Assembly (NCBI GenBank): GCA_951406725.2
Contig: OX597835.1
Span: 15,252,001 to 15,316,000, forward strand
From: Octopus vulgaris
Taxonomy: Eukaryota
Direction of reading: 5' to 3'
Length of the DNA stretch: 64,000 nt
Shown here: positions 25,154-39,939 of the stretch, one piece after another
Numbering within the stretch: position 1 is the stretch's first letter
How the letters are laid out: each line of letters opens with the position of its first letter
The notes under the pieces: generated by a model
Seen by the model: only the letters and a program-made list of their open reading frames with translations
Databases searched by the model: none
Told to the model about the DNA's origin: nothing
Position numbers and translations under genes: made by a program

Positions 25154-25563
25154 GACGCAGGAGTGGCTGTGTGGTAAGTGGCTTGCTTACCAACCACATG
25201 GTTCCGGGTTCAGTCCCACTGCGTGGCATCTTGGGCAAGTGTCTTCTGCTATAGCCCCGGGCCGACCAATGCCTTGTGAGTGGATTTGGTAGACGGAAAC
25301 TGAAAGAAGCCTGTCGTATATATGTATATATATATGTATATATGTGTATGTGTGTGTGTTTGTCCCCCTAGCATTGCTTGACAACCGATGCTGGTGTGTT
25401 TACGTCCCCGTCACTTAGCGGTTCGGCAAAAAGAGACCGATAGAATAAGTACTGGGCTTACAAAGAATAATTCCCTGGGTCGATTTGCTCGACTAAAGGC
25501 GGTGCTCCAGCATGGCCGCAGTCAAATGACTGAAACAAGTAAAAGAGTAAAAGAGTAAAAGAG
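25154..25563 (+). mobile_element. SINE family A, full length
   Basis: Near-identical to 431-835; (AAAAGAGT)n tail. Confidence 0.9.
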
Positions 25564-25592
25564 ATTATTTGTCAAACACCGATATATCGATG

Positions 25593-25800
25593 GGTGTAGT
25601 CAGTGGTCTAATGGTTAGGATGTTGCACTTGCTACCGTGGTTTCGATTTCCGGGCCGGTCAGTGCGTTATATTCTTCAGCAAAACACTTCATTTCTCGTA
25701 GCTCCAGGCTATTCAGCTGTAACTGAACAATACTGAGATGGTCTAGGGGTCAAAGATATTGTGATCTCGGTCACTGTATAAGCCATGGGAATCGGGTAAC
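25593..25800 (+). mobile_element. Diverged SINE family D
   Basis: TGGTCTAATGGTTAGG...GGTTTCGATTTCC...CAGCAAAACACTTCATTTC. Confidence 0.6.
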
Positions 25801-25844
25801 TGACCCAGTGAGTGATAGTATACGAAACTAATATCCAGGGGTTG

Positions 25845-26325
25845 ATACCTATTTCTTTATTACCCACAAGGGGCTAAACACAGAGGGGACAAACAAGGAC
25901 AGACATAGGTATTAAGTCGATTACATCGACCCCAGTGCGTAACTGGTACTTAATTTATCGACCCCGAAAGGATGAAAGGCAAAGTTGACCTCGGCGGAAT
26001 TTGAACTCACAACGTAGCGGCAGACGAAATACCTATTTCTTTACTACCCACAAGGGGCTAAACACAGAGGGGACAAACAAGGTCAGACATAGGTATTAAG
26101 TCGATTACATCGACCCCAGTGCGTAACTGGTACTTAATTTATCGACCCCGAAAGGATGAAAGGCAAAGTCGACCTCGGCGGAATTTGAACTCAGAACGTA
26201 GAGACGGGCGAAATACGGCTACGCATTTCGCCCGGCGTGTTAACGTTTCTGCCAGCTCGCCGCTCGGCAGACGAAATACCGCAAAGCATTTCGCCCGGCG
26301 TGCTAACGTTTCTGCCAGCTCATCG
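25845..26325 (-). mobile_element. SINE B with a second full-length SINE B (26034-26264) nested in its head
   Basis: 16-bp duplication CGGCAGACGAAATACC at 26018-26033 and 26265-26280. Confidence 0.9.
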
Positions 26326-26729
26326 CTGATGAATATATCGATGTCTTAAACGTGACTTTCAGAATAAGCAGAAAGTTTCCTTCACGGTCAAACAAAGTAT
26401 AGATCATTTTTATGGATATCGTATTTAACTTACGGAAATTAAAGCAATTCCATATAAAATACGTTCTCAAAATGGTTGTATTAAAACTAGGATCATTAAT
26501 ATATTTTAATTAAATTCATTGATGTTTAAGCTAGCTCATAGTGAAAGAAAGCGGAATACTGGTTTACATTAAAACAAAACAAAGTTTGCTGATATAAAGA
26601 GCGTATAAGAAGACAATTCTGCGTGAATATTGGATTGTGGGTAAACCATGTCTCGCTGTTGATGGCTCAGGGCAAATTTTCTTCTTCCATTCACACGCTT
26701 CACTTTTTAAGACTACCACAAATGCATTT

Positions 26730-27000
26730 TGGAGGTGAAAGCGCGTGGCCTTGTGGTTAAGGGTGGGGGCTTGCACTTATGATCGTAAGATCGATGGTTC
26801 GATTTCTAGACCGGTTGATGCGTTATGTTCTTAGGCAATACACTTCATTTGACGTTGCTCCAATCCTCTCAGCTGTAAATGAGTGACTCCGGCGAAGGGC
26901 TGGAGTCCCGTTCAGAGGTAACATTATGATCTCGGTCACATATACGCCGTGGAAACCGGTTAACCAGGCCCAATGACTCCTAGCGCTCAAAACGGTCCAG
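26730..27000 (+). mobile_element. Diverged SINE family D
   Basis: GGCCTTGTGGTTAAGG...GGTTCGATTTC...GGCAATACACTTCATTT...CAGCTGTAAATGAG. Confidence 0.65.
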
Positions 27001-27345
27001 GAGTAGTTGTCTTCTTCTTCTTCTTCTTCTTCTTCTTCTTCTTCTTCTTCTTCTTCTTCCAATTAGGACTCACGCCATTAGCCACAAAGAATAATCTCTA
27101 ATTCGAGCCTACTCTAAGCTACTAAGAATGAGTGTGGCAACTTGAAGATCCACCCACCACACGCGATAGACTGGCGGTTGCACGAGCGCGAAAGCTACGT
27201 TGTTATCCTCATTCCGTAGACGGTGGCTTTTAACGGGTGAAGAGCTGAACCATCCTGGGGTACAGAGGATTCTCAATCTAGACTAGGGTCTGAAAGTTTA
27301 CCACACCATAGCGGGTTACACCATGGTTCCTCTGCTTTGTGGCAG

Positions 27346-27537
27346 AAGTAGGACGAAAAAGTGAGAGAAAGTTGTGGTGAAAGACTACAGCGAGGTTCAC
27401 CACCCCTCCCAGCCGGAGCCTCGTGGAGCTTAGGTGTTTTTGCTCAATAAATACGCACAATGTCCAGTCTGGGAATCGAAACCGCGTTCTTACACCCGCG
27501 AGTCCGCTTCCCTAACCACTGGGCCATTGCGCCTCCA
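27346..27537 (-). mobile_element. SINE family C, 5' half
   Basis: CCTAACCACTGGGCCATTGCGCCTCCA and GGGAATCGAAACCGCG match 8866-9247. Confidence 0.85.
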
Positions 27538-27862
27538 CTGGCGTAGTTGTTGCCATTGACGGTGATGATAATGATGATCATCATGATAACGATGATGATG
27601 ACATGTCTACTTCGTTCCGCATCAGTGCGTTTCAATTCCACGATGCAAGCAGTGAGGGCAGCTCGCCCAATTTCCTCGGGTCGTTTAAAAGAACCTATTT
27701 TGTTTTCCTTGCTTGCGTTTTTTTCTTTCTTTTCTCCTTCTCTCGATCTTTCGACAATTCAATCAAATTTATTGATTGTTCGATTAATTTAAATCTAAAA
27801 CCTACATTTGAAAATATTTTTATTGGAATTGTTTCAACACTCCAATGTTATGAAAATATCTA

Positions 27863-28085
27863 AGGCAGCAACCTGGCAGAATCGTTACGACACCGGACAA
27901 AATGCTTAGCGGCATTTCGTCCGTCTTTACGTTCTGCGTTCAAATTCCACCGAGATCGACTTTGCCCCCTTCATCCTTTCTGAGTCGATAAAATAAATAC
28001 CAGTTGAGCACTGGGGGTGGATGTAATTAACTTATCCCCTCCCGAGAAAATGCTAGCCTCGAACCGAATTTGGAAACCAATATTA
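27863..28085 (+). mobile_element. SINE B older variant
   Basis: GGCAGAATCGTTA...GTTCAAATTCCACCGAGATCGACTTTG. Confidence 0.75.
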
Positions 28086-28349
28086 TGAAAACGTCTTTTT
28101 TTTATAATAGTTTCATATTTTATTGAGGTACAAAATCTCAAATGCGAAATGAGAAATGTGACGGCCATACATAAGTAAATGGTGGGTCTCTGATCAGAGC
28201 GAGTGGAAGGAATAGGTGAGATATTATATTTCGGGGAAGTCTAGTTGTAGAGCTTAGGCTGGTGTTTTACGATTGGCTGGCAGTGACATGGTTTTGATCC
28301 AATCCTTGGATAAGATCAAAAGTCCTTGTGTGTTATTATGTGTGTATTA

Positions 28350-28422
<73 letters not shown>

Positions 28423-28468
28423 CCGCAACTCTCGAACTGAAATATATATATATGTGTGTGTTTGTGTA

Positions 28469-28509
<41 letters not shown>

Positions 28510-28510
<1 letters not shown>

Positions 28511-28723
28511 TTTCCTTTTTACTCGTTTCCCTCATTGGACTGCAGCCATCCTGGAGCACCGCCGTGAAGGGTTTTAGTCGAATGACCATAGTATGTTTTT
28601 AAAGGTCTGGTACATTTTCTGTCCGTCTCTTTTACCGAACCGCTAAGTTACGAGAACGTAAACAAACCAACACTGGGTGGGTGCAAAGACAAACACACAC
28701 ACACACACATGTATATGTATATG

Positions 28724-28791
<68 letters not shown>

Positions 28792-28968
28792 CATATGTAT
28801 ATATATATAAACGTATGTACGTATGTATTTTATCTACCAAATCCACTCTGAAGGCTTTGGATGGGCTGAGCTGTAGTAGACACTTGCCCAAGGTGCCATG
28901 CAGCGGGAGTGAACCCGAAGCCATGTAGTTAGGAAGTAAACTTCTTACCACACAGCCACCCCTGCGTC
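28510..28968 (-). mobile_element. Diverged SINE A with an expanded internal (TA)n
   Basis: CTGGAGCACCGCC, CCGAACCGCTAAG, CTACCAAATCCACTC, CACACAGCCAC. Confidence 0.75.
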
Positions 28969-28970
28969 TA

Positions 28971-29005
<35 letters not shown>

Positions 29006-29279
29006 TAAAGCGGTATGTACATACACACACATACACACACATGCATTCACTGGTGTATATACTTGTAATATGTGTTTGTTCGTATTGGAATTTGCTTTTG
29101 TGTAGAATACTTTTAAAAAAATAAACTATTATCGTCACTGACATCATCATTATCATCATCATCATCATCATCATCACCAATATCTATTATCAATCAATGT
29201 TTATTGTCCTCATTTATTATCAAGATTATCACATACACACACACTGATATACATCTCTCTCTCTCTCTCTCTCTCTCTT

Positions 29280-29325
<46 letters not shown>

Positions 29326-29786
29326 CCAGCACATAAAACATAATATCCTGATGAGGAACTTCATTTCAAAAAGCCTGCTCAAAGCAAACTTGTAAATTAT
29401 TTTCACATAACATAGAAAACGGAATCTATATTTTAACTATTAAAATATTTTTAATAGTTGAAATGCTAATGAAATTTGCTCACTGATGATTGCATTCGAT
29501 ATTATCCATATGTCATCCTAATTTTTATGTAAGAGAGCACACTTTAATTAATTGAGCGAGTCATGTTCACCTCTTCTCGTAATTAAATACGAAATACGCT
29601 ACAGTATGAAGGGAAATGAATTACATTTCGTTGTTGTGATCCATAGTATTCGATAAGTTATGGATCTGGTGTTTGCGGTATCAAGTCTGAACCTGTTTTT
29701 GTCGATAATAAACCCGATACTTAACTGCGTCTTAAAACAAAACAAAAAGAAAACTCACATTTTTCTGTTTCTCTCTTCAACAGAAA

Positions 29787-30198
29787 ACCTATTTCTTTAC
29801 TACCCACAAGGGGCTAAACACAGAGAGGACAAACAAGGACAGACAAACGGATTAAGTCAATTACATCGACCCCAGTGCGTAACTAGAACTTAATTTATCG
29901 ACCCCGAAAGGATGAAAGGCAAAGTCGACCTCGGCGGAATTTGAACTCAGAACGTAGCGGCAGACAAAATACCCATTTCTTTACTACCCACAAGGGGCTA
30001 AACACAGAGGGGACAAACAAGGACAGACAAACGGATCAAGTCGATTACATCGACCCCAGTGCGTAACTGATACTTAATTTATCGACCCCGAAAGGATGAA
30101 AGGCAAAGTCGACCTCAGCGGAATTTGAACTCAGAACGTAACGGCAGACGAAATACGGCTACGCGTTTCGCCCGGCGTGCTAACGTTTCTGCCAACTC
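29787..30198 (-). mobile_element. SINE B dimer
   Basis: Two ~185-bp bodies joined at AAATACC, with one complete head. Confidence 0.9.
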
Positions 30199-30445
30199 GA
30201 TCCGTTGTAAGATTGTATGTAAGACAAGCAAATCGGAGTTCTACAACCGGTAGGCTACTCTGCGTAGGCAGCACCAACCGTGGTCGTCAAAAGCCAAGCA
30301 ACAGAAAACGACATCAAGCCCGAGATACCGACTTCCAAACGACACCCAGTTACATCCACACCGGGGCTTATTTTATCAAAGGTTAATTGTTGTGTTGAGT
30401 CAAAAGTTTTGCAATATTTTGGTAACATTCATTTTATTCGTCAAC

Positions 30446-30644
30446 TCAAAACAAAAGAAGCCCGGCATTCAGTGTAGAGGCCATCGTGTTGCACCGTCTG
30501 AAACCATCTTTCTGTCGGTTCTTTAATTCCACGCTGATACGAGTTCTTCTCCCTTTGAGGCGAGGAACTCTTTCGCTGAAGCTACCGTCTCCTCTTGGTT
30601 GATGAAGCGTCGAGTTCTTCGCCTCGAAGGACAAGAACTGGCAT
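30446..30644 (-). CDS. Candidate terminal coding exon of an unidentified gene (CQFLSFEAKNSTLHQPRGDGSFSERVPRLKGRRTRISVELKNRQKDGFRRCNTMASTLNAGLLLF*)
   Basis: Acceptor CTAATATTTTTAG with branch point; phase 2 matches the donor of the 33498-33284 exon; AATAAA at 30433-30438; unique sequence. Reading frame is uncertain. Confidence 0.4.
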
Positions 30645-30784
30645 CTAAAAATATTAGCCAAATATCAGGAGATATTTCATCTTTCCTCGACGCTCTGCCG
30701 ATTCGGCCAATTCCATAAATATATTTCGAAATTGTGAATTGGGAGGAAACTAGACACGAACGTTTAGATTTCATAATTCTCGTT

Positions 30785-30796
30785 TGCGCATGCGCG
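30785..30796. promoter_or_regulatory. NRF1-like palindrome TGCGCATGCGCG at the edge of a CpG-rich unique island
   Basis: Motif match only. Confidence 0.25.
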
Positions 30797-31759
30797 CCCG
30801 TGCGTATGCGTATGTGTGGTAGGGAGAGAGGACGAGGGGTGAGTAAGAGTATGAGAGAGAGTACAGGTAAGTGTGTGTGTGTGTGTGTGAGTATATTAAG
30901 GATAGGTGTATTTATATGTGTGTACATATGTGTGTCGAGTGAAAGTGTGTGTGTGTGTATGTGATAGAGGGAAGTACTATGGATGTGTGAGCGAGAGAGA
31001 GAGCGTGTGTGTGTATGTGTATTTTTACGAGTGTAGGTGATTGGGTATATACACAGGTGTGTGAGAGAGTATTTGCATATGCGTATGTCTAGAGAAAGTG
31101 TGTATGCATGTATATATGTGTGTTAGAGAGAGATTGTGGATGTATATGTGTGTTACTGTGTGTGTGTATATATTTGTGTATGGAGGCGCATGTGTATGAG
31201 TGAGAGAGGGAGTGTGTGTATGTGTGTTTTTTAATGAGTGTGTGTTATATATGTGTGTGTGTGTGGATGAGTGTATATATATATATGTGCGTGTGTGTGA
31301 TATAGTGTGTATATGTGTGTGTTTGAAAGAGGCAGTATGAGAGAGTGAGTGTGTGTGTGTGTATTTAGATAATGACTGTGTGTGGTTGTGTGGCTTTGTG
31401 AAAGACAGAGTGTGTGTATGTATATTTATATGTGTGTGTGTGAGTGTATGTGTGTGTGTGAGAGAGAGAGTATATATATGGAAGTAAATGTGTGTATATG
31501 CGTGTGTTTGAAAGATAACATGTGTGTAATTGTGTGTGCTTGAAAGAGAATGTGCATGTGAGAGAGCGTGTGTGGGAAAGTGTGTGTGTGTGTGTGTGTA
31601 TGTGCGTGTGTGTCTATATAATGTATGTGTGTAGTCATGTTGCTAGGTGAGAGAGTGTGTATGTATATGTATATATATATGTGTGTGTGTGTGTGTGAGT
31701 ATACATGTGTGTAGACGTGTGAGTATATGTGTATATATGTATGATATATGTGTGTATGC

Positions 31760-32073
31760 AAGCGTGTCAGACTACTGGTTATGTGTGTGCATATATGTAT
31801 GTATGCGTGCGTGTGTGTATGTATGCAGGACTGTGTCAGACTTCTCCTCGCTATATGTGTACGTATATGTGTGTGTGTGTGCAGGACTGTGTCAGACCTC
31901 TCCTGGCTATGTGTGTACGTATATGTGTGTATGCACCTCTGTATGCATGTGTGTGTGAGTGTGTGCGCGTGTGTGTGTGCGGGGTGTGTGTGTGTGTGAG
32001 TGTGTGTGCGTGTGTGCATGAATGTGTCAGACCTCTCCTGGCTATGTGTGTACGTATATATGTGTGTGTGCAC

Positions 32074-32110
<37 letters not shown>

Positions 32111-32278
32111 TGTGTGTGTGTACAGGACTGTGTCAGACCTCTCCTGGCTATATATGTACGTATATGCGTGTGTGTGCACCTCTGTGTGCATGTGTGTGTG
32201 TGTGTGTGTGTGTGAGTGTGTGTGTGTGTTTGTGTGTGTGCGTGCGTGTGTGCAGGAATGTGTCAGACCTCTCCTGGT
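31760..32278. repeat. Minisatellite CAGGACTGTGTCAGACCTCTCCTGGCTAT with variable (TG)n spacers, about 6 copies
   Basis: Directly visible. Confidence 0.85.
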
Positions 32279-32714
32279 TAAATAATAAACACGAAAAAAA
32301 ACAAACAATTTGCAGATAACAAAATGTGTCTTCACCACCGAAATTGTTCTGCATCTTGAAAGGTTTGCCTTTTCGTACAGACTACAAACATCGACACAAC
32401 TATTCTTACTTTTAACCTGAAAGAATCGAGGTAATTATTTTCTCAAAGCATCTCTCTTAACAATAGGTTCCTCTGTGTTTAATTCCTCTTTAGAATCGCT
32501 CCATTCATTTTAACTGCCGACAAAGAAATCTACTAGAAGATTCCAGAACAAATAAAATAAAAAATTGTTAAAAAAAACTGAAATACGATGAAAAAATTAC
32601 AAAAAAATACATCAACGAACGTGAACATAGAATAATAAAACAATGGCGGTTTAATTTCAGACAACTTATTGTGCGTTGTTGACCATTTAACAAATTATTT
32701 ATTCATTAGTCTAA

Positions 32715-32877
32715 GAAACTTGCTTTGCAATACGTCGTGGTTTCAGGTTCAGTCCTACTGCGTGGTATCTTGGGCAAGTGTCTTCTACCACAGCCTCGGA
32801 TCGACCAAGGCCTTGTGAGTAACTTTGGTAAACAGAAACTGTGTAGGAGCCGTCGTAATAAACACGCACGTACATCT

Positions 32878-32966
<89 letters not shown>

Positions 32967-32991
32967 CAGATAGACGGACAGACGGACAGAC

Positions 32992-33052
<61 letters not shown>

Positions 33053-33250
33053 TGTGTACATCCGTATTTCTGTCTGTTTGCCACCTTCCTCACCACTTGG
33101 CACCCGCTGTTGGTTTGTTTATTTTCCTACAACTTAGCGATCCGTCAAATTACGGGATAGAATATTTACGTAACTTACAAAAATCATAGGTACTGGAGTC
33201 CGCTATAACTTTCAAGGCGGTGCCCCAGCATGGCCGCAGTCCAATATCTG
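32715..33250 (+). mobile_element. Diverged SINE A with an internal (GATA)n expansion
   Basis: GGTTCAGTCCTACTGCGTGGTATCTTGGGCAAGTG...AAGGCGGTGCCCCAGCATGGCCGCAGTC. Confidence 0.75.
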
Positions 33251-33283
33251 AAATAATTAATGCGTAAAAGGCAATTAGCATAC

Positions 33284-33498
33284 AAATCTACATCGGGGTA
33301 CAAAGATCCGTGAAAATTGAAACATATATCTGCCAATGCCAACAACATCTTTAAACAGCTTTCGTCCTCTGTTTGGGTGCAGAAGTCTTTATAACATTTA
33401 ATACGGCCTGCCGTCTCGTTGCGAAGGTAGTATCCAGAAAAGCCTTGATACTGGGCTTCTCTTGAAAGCCCAACACCTCTCATGGCGTGAGCACAAAT
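33284..33498 (-). CDS. Candidate internal coding exon (ICAHAMRGVGLSREAQYQGFSGYYLRNETAGRIKCYKDFCTQTEDESCLKMLLALADICFNFHGSLYPDVD), protein unidentified
   Basis: Acceptor TTTTTCATTATTCTCCTACTTAG; 71 open codons of non-repetitive protein-like sequence; donor TT/GTATGC; GC content higher than the flanks. Confidence 0.55.
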
Positions 33499-33974
33499 CT
33501 AAGTAGGAGAATAATGAAAAACAATCCATTTGTCTATAACATTGCTGCTCAATAACGTCTTAATAATAATTATCGTACTAAAAAATGTTATTTAATCAAG
33601 TAATATAATAATTATTATAGTAAAAATTATAATTATATTGGGTGATAATAATTTAGCGATATTTTATTATCGTAAAAATGGTAATTATATTGGATAATAA
33701 TAGTCTAGGTATATTTATTGCAGTAAAATTTGTAATTATATAAAGTAATGATATTTAATGACGTTTGTTATAGGAAAAATTGCAATTATATTGTATAATA
33801 ATATATTAATAATATTGTTGGATCTTACACGACAATAGCAAGAATATGTCTGTTTTAACTTTGGCAAAGCGTGAGTAGGTATTTTAAAGAGGTTTTGCAG
33901 TTAATTGTAGCAATTTGGCCGGCCATGTTGGTTTGAGCTCTCCGTTGGAACGCGCACGTTAGAAAAACTACAAG

Positions 33975-34137
33975 TGCAAGCATGGTTGAGTGTTTAAGAA
34001 GCTCCCTTTGCAACCACGTAGTTTCAAGTTCAGTCCCACAGCGCCGTACCTCGGGCAAGGTTTTTCAACTATTTAGTCCCGAGCCGACCATTGATTTGTG
34101 AGTGAATTTGGTAGACGGAAACTGTGTGAAAGCCCGC
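33975..34137 (+). mobile_element. Diverged SINE A 5' half
   Basis: AGTTCAGTCCCACAGCG...GTGAGTGAATTTGGTAGACGGAAACTG. Confidence 0.7.
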
Positions 34138-34687
34138 TCATCCTTCTCTCGCTTTCTTACTTTCTAACTTAGTCATATTGTGTCTCAACTTCCAGTTCTA
34201 CTATCCCACTTTGCAACAGCCTCTTTACACAAGGCATTCAATGTAAACATACGTCGTACATTCGCCATTGATTCTACTTCTTTTTCTCCTACAAGTCTTA
34301 TTAGTTTTACTTATCTCTCATAGAAGTGTATAACTCGAAATGTTAGATCCTTATCTATTCCGTTCATTGACGCATATTTTCATTATATATATACAAATAT
34401 CTCCATTATACACATTCATGCTCATTGTGCACATTCTTTTACTATTATTGTTTTTCATCACACACTTAATTTCACGAATTTCATATACTGTGCCTTTGTA
34501 TACCTCCGCTTTGCTTCATAATTTTCCTTGTTCTGTGTGTGTGTCTTTAATCTTTATATACATATATACATTAATACATGCATATATACACATCTTCTTT
34601 CCTGAGCATCCAATAATACTTTATTTGTTCCACGTCCTTGCGTTGTTGTGGTTTTTTTGGGGTTTTTTTTTGTTTTCTTGTTTGAAT

Positions 34688-34751
<64 letters not shown>

Positions 34752-34876
34752 TGTATGTATGTATGTATGTATGTATGTATGTATAGGGAAGAATTCACAA
34801 AAAAAAACAAAAGACGAAGATAGGTGGTGTAGACAACAAACAGATGTATTAGTATAACGCTTGGGAAATGAAAAAG

Positions 34877-34914
34877 TCTTTAACGTTTCGAGCCTACGCT
34901 CTTCCACAGAAAGA
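34877..34914 (-). ncRNA. Degenerate minimal type I hammerhead-like motif in a ~175-bp insert (34783-34957) between microsatellites
   Basis: TCTTT CTGTGGA A GAGC-GTAG-GCTC GAAA CG TT AAAGA: stems I and II and palindromic ACGT stem III are intact; the core has A6>U. Confidence 0.5.
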
Positions 34915-34955
34915 AACAAGGAGAGAAAATGAAGAATGTGTAGTGGATAGCGAAC

Positions 34956-35013
<58 letters not shown>

Positions 35014-35158
35014 TGTGCATACATAAATACATATACATACATACATACATACATACATACATACATACATACATACATACATACATACACATAAATGTTA
35101 TAATTTTTTAATTTCTCCTAAGGAGAGATACAGCAGCCATACTGGGTATTAATATTTA

Positions 35159-35390
35159 TTGCCAAACTAATGTGTCAGTCTAGAGAATTAGGACGAATGT
35201 TGCTGTTGCTCTAGCTAGCAATATGACGCAGGAACCTGCGTCCATAAACCTTCGAACTACCCCAAAACCGGTCTGTGGATGCCAAGCCAGCAAGGGGAAG
35301 TTGATGTCCTCCCCTGTTCGAGGGTTTGTGGACGCAGGTTCGTGCGTCATATACGTCCTATTTCTCTGGACTGCCACGTTAGTTTGGCAA
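35159..35390. repeat. Imperfect foldback (~75-bp arms)
   Basis: TTGCCAAACTAATGTG..AGAGAATTAGGACG vs CGTCCTATTTCTCT..CACGTTAGTTTGGCAA; ATATGACGCAGGAACCTGCGTCCA vs TGGACGCAGGTTCGTGCGTCATAT. Confidence 0.85.
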
Positions 35391-35409
35391 AAACATATAT
35401 ATGTATATC

Positions 35410-35734
35410 TCTCTCTCTCTTTTACTCTTTTACTTGTTTCAGTCATTTGACTGCGGCCATGCTGGAGCACCGCCTTTAGTCGAGTAAATCGACCCCGGGA
35501 CTTATTCTTTGTAAGCCCGGTACTTAGTCTATCATTCTCTTTTGCCGAACCGCTAAGTGACGGGGACGTAAACACACCAGCATCGGTTGTTAAGCAATGC
35601 TAGGGGGACAAACACAGACACAAACACACAGACACACATACATATATATATACGACAGGCTTCTTTCAGTTTCCGTCTACCAAATCCACTCACAAGGCAT
35701 TGGTCGGCCCGGAGCTATAGCAGAAGACACTTGC

Positions 35735-35736
<2 letters not shown>
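35410..35736 (-). mobile_element. SINE A lacking its tRNA head (ends in (TA)n)
   Basis: Near-identical to the reverse complement of 431-835. Confidence 0.9.
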
Positions 35737-35802
<66 letters not shown>

Positions 35803-35819
35803 TGTCTTTTATAATATTA

Positions 35820-36057
35820 TTTAAAGCGAAAGCAATGCTATTTATAAAAAATACTACTGGTTGATAGGTTTGCCTGGTATTTCAATATTTCAGAAGTAGA
35901 ACACCTTCAGGAAATTTAAGAAAGAAAAAAATCAGAAAATAACAACTTTTCTCAATAAAATTTCCTGCGGTTGAGGTCCTAACCCTGAAATATTAATATA
36001 TCAGGTAAACTATTATCCTGCTTCTATTCTTATAACGTGAATTGTTTTCGCTTTAAA
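35820..36057. repeat. Degenerate foldback adjacent to (TA)n
   Basis: TTTAAAGCGAAAGCAAT vs ATTGTTTTCGCTTTAAA; AATATTTCAG vs CTGAAATATT; CAGGAAATTT vs AAATTTCCTG. Confidence 0.7.
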
Positions 36058-36125
36058 GAAAAAAATATATCAGCAAAAAGATTTATTTATTTATGAGACA
36101 ATACTTCGTGAAAATTGTACTACTT

Positions 36126-36231
<106 letters not shown>

Positions 36232-36249
36232 TGTGTTTGTAAATATACA

Positions 36250-36456
36250 CTTTTACTCTTTTATTTGTTTCAGTCATTTGAGTGTGGTCATGCTGGAGCA
36301 CCACCTTCAGTTGAATAAATCGACCACAGGACTTATTCTTTGAAAGCCTAGTACTTATTCTATCGGTCTCTTTTGCCGAACCGATAAGTTACAGGGACGT
36401 AAATACACCACCGTCGGTTGTCAAGTGATGTTAGGGAGACAAACACACACGCACAT

Positions 36457-36497
<41 letters not shown>

Positions 36498-36651
36498 CGA
36501 CCGGCTTCTTTCAGTTTCCGTCTACCAAATCCACTTTGGTTGACCCGAGGTTATAGTAGAAGACACTTGTCCAAGGTACCACGCAGTGGGACTGAACCCG
36601 GAACCATGTAGTTCGTAAGCAAGCTACTTACCATACAGCCACTCCTACGCC
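36250..36651 (-). mobile_element. SINE family A, full length
   Basis: Tail TTTTACTCTTTT through head CAGCCACTCCTACGCC. Confidence 0.88.
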
Positions 36652-39735
<3,084 letters not shown>

Positions 39736-39939
39736 TTAAATGGATACCGTGACACCACCACGATGAAACAGAATGAAAAATAAGGAAGAAATATCGGAAA
39801 TTAGAAAGACATTCTAAAGCAACTAATTGTCGTAAAACTCCATCGCTGTAGACAATTCCAAAATCGCCAAAACAATTCATACAAAAGACAAGATCTTTAA
39901 TGAAACTATCAACACAATTCCACAAAGAATTAAATAGAA

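Noticed and set aside
29340-29385. CTGATGA-GGAA...TTTC-AAAA hammerhead-like string
   Set aside because: G12 is missing and there is no stem I complementarity.
31760-32278. CRISPR-like repeat-spacer appearance
   Set aside because: Eukaryotic context, spacers are homologous microsatellite, and no cas genes are present.
32330-32417. Possible extra exon after a minus-strand TTCTTTCAG acceptor
   Set aside because: The phase-2 frame hits a stop and no consistent donor was found.
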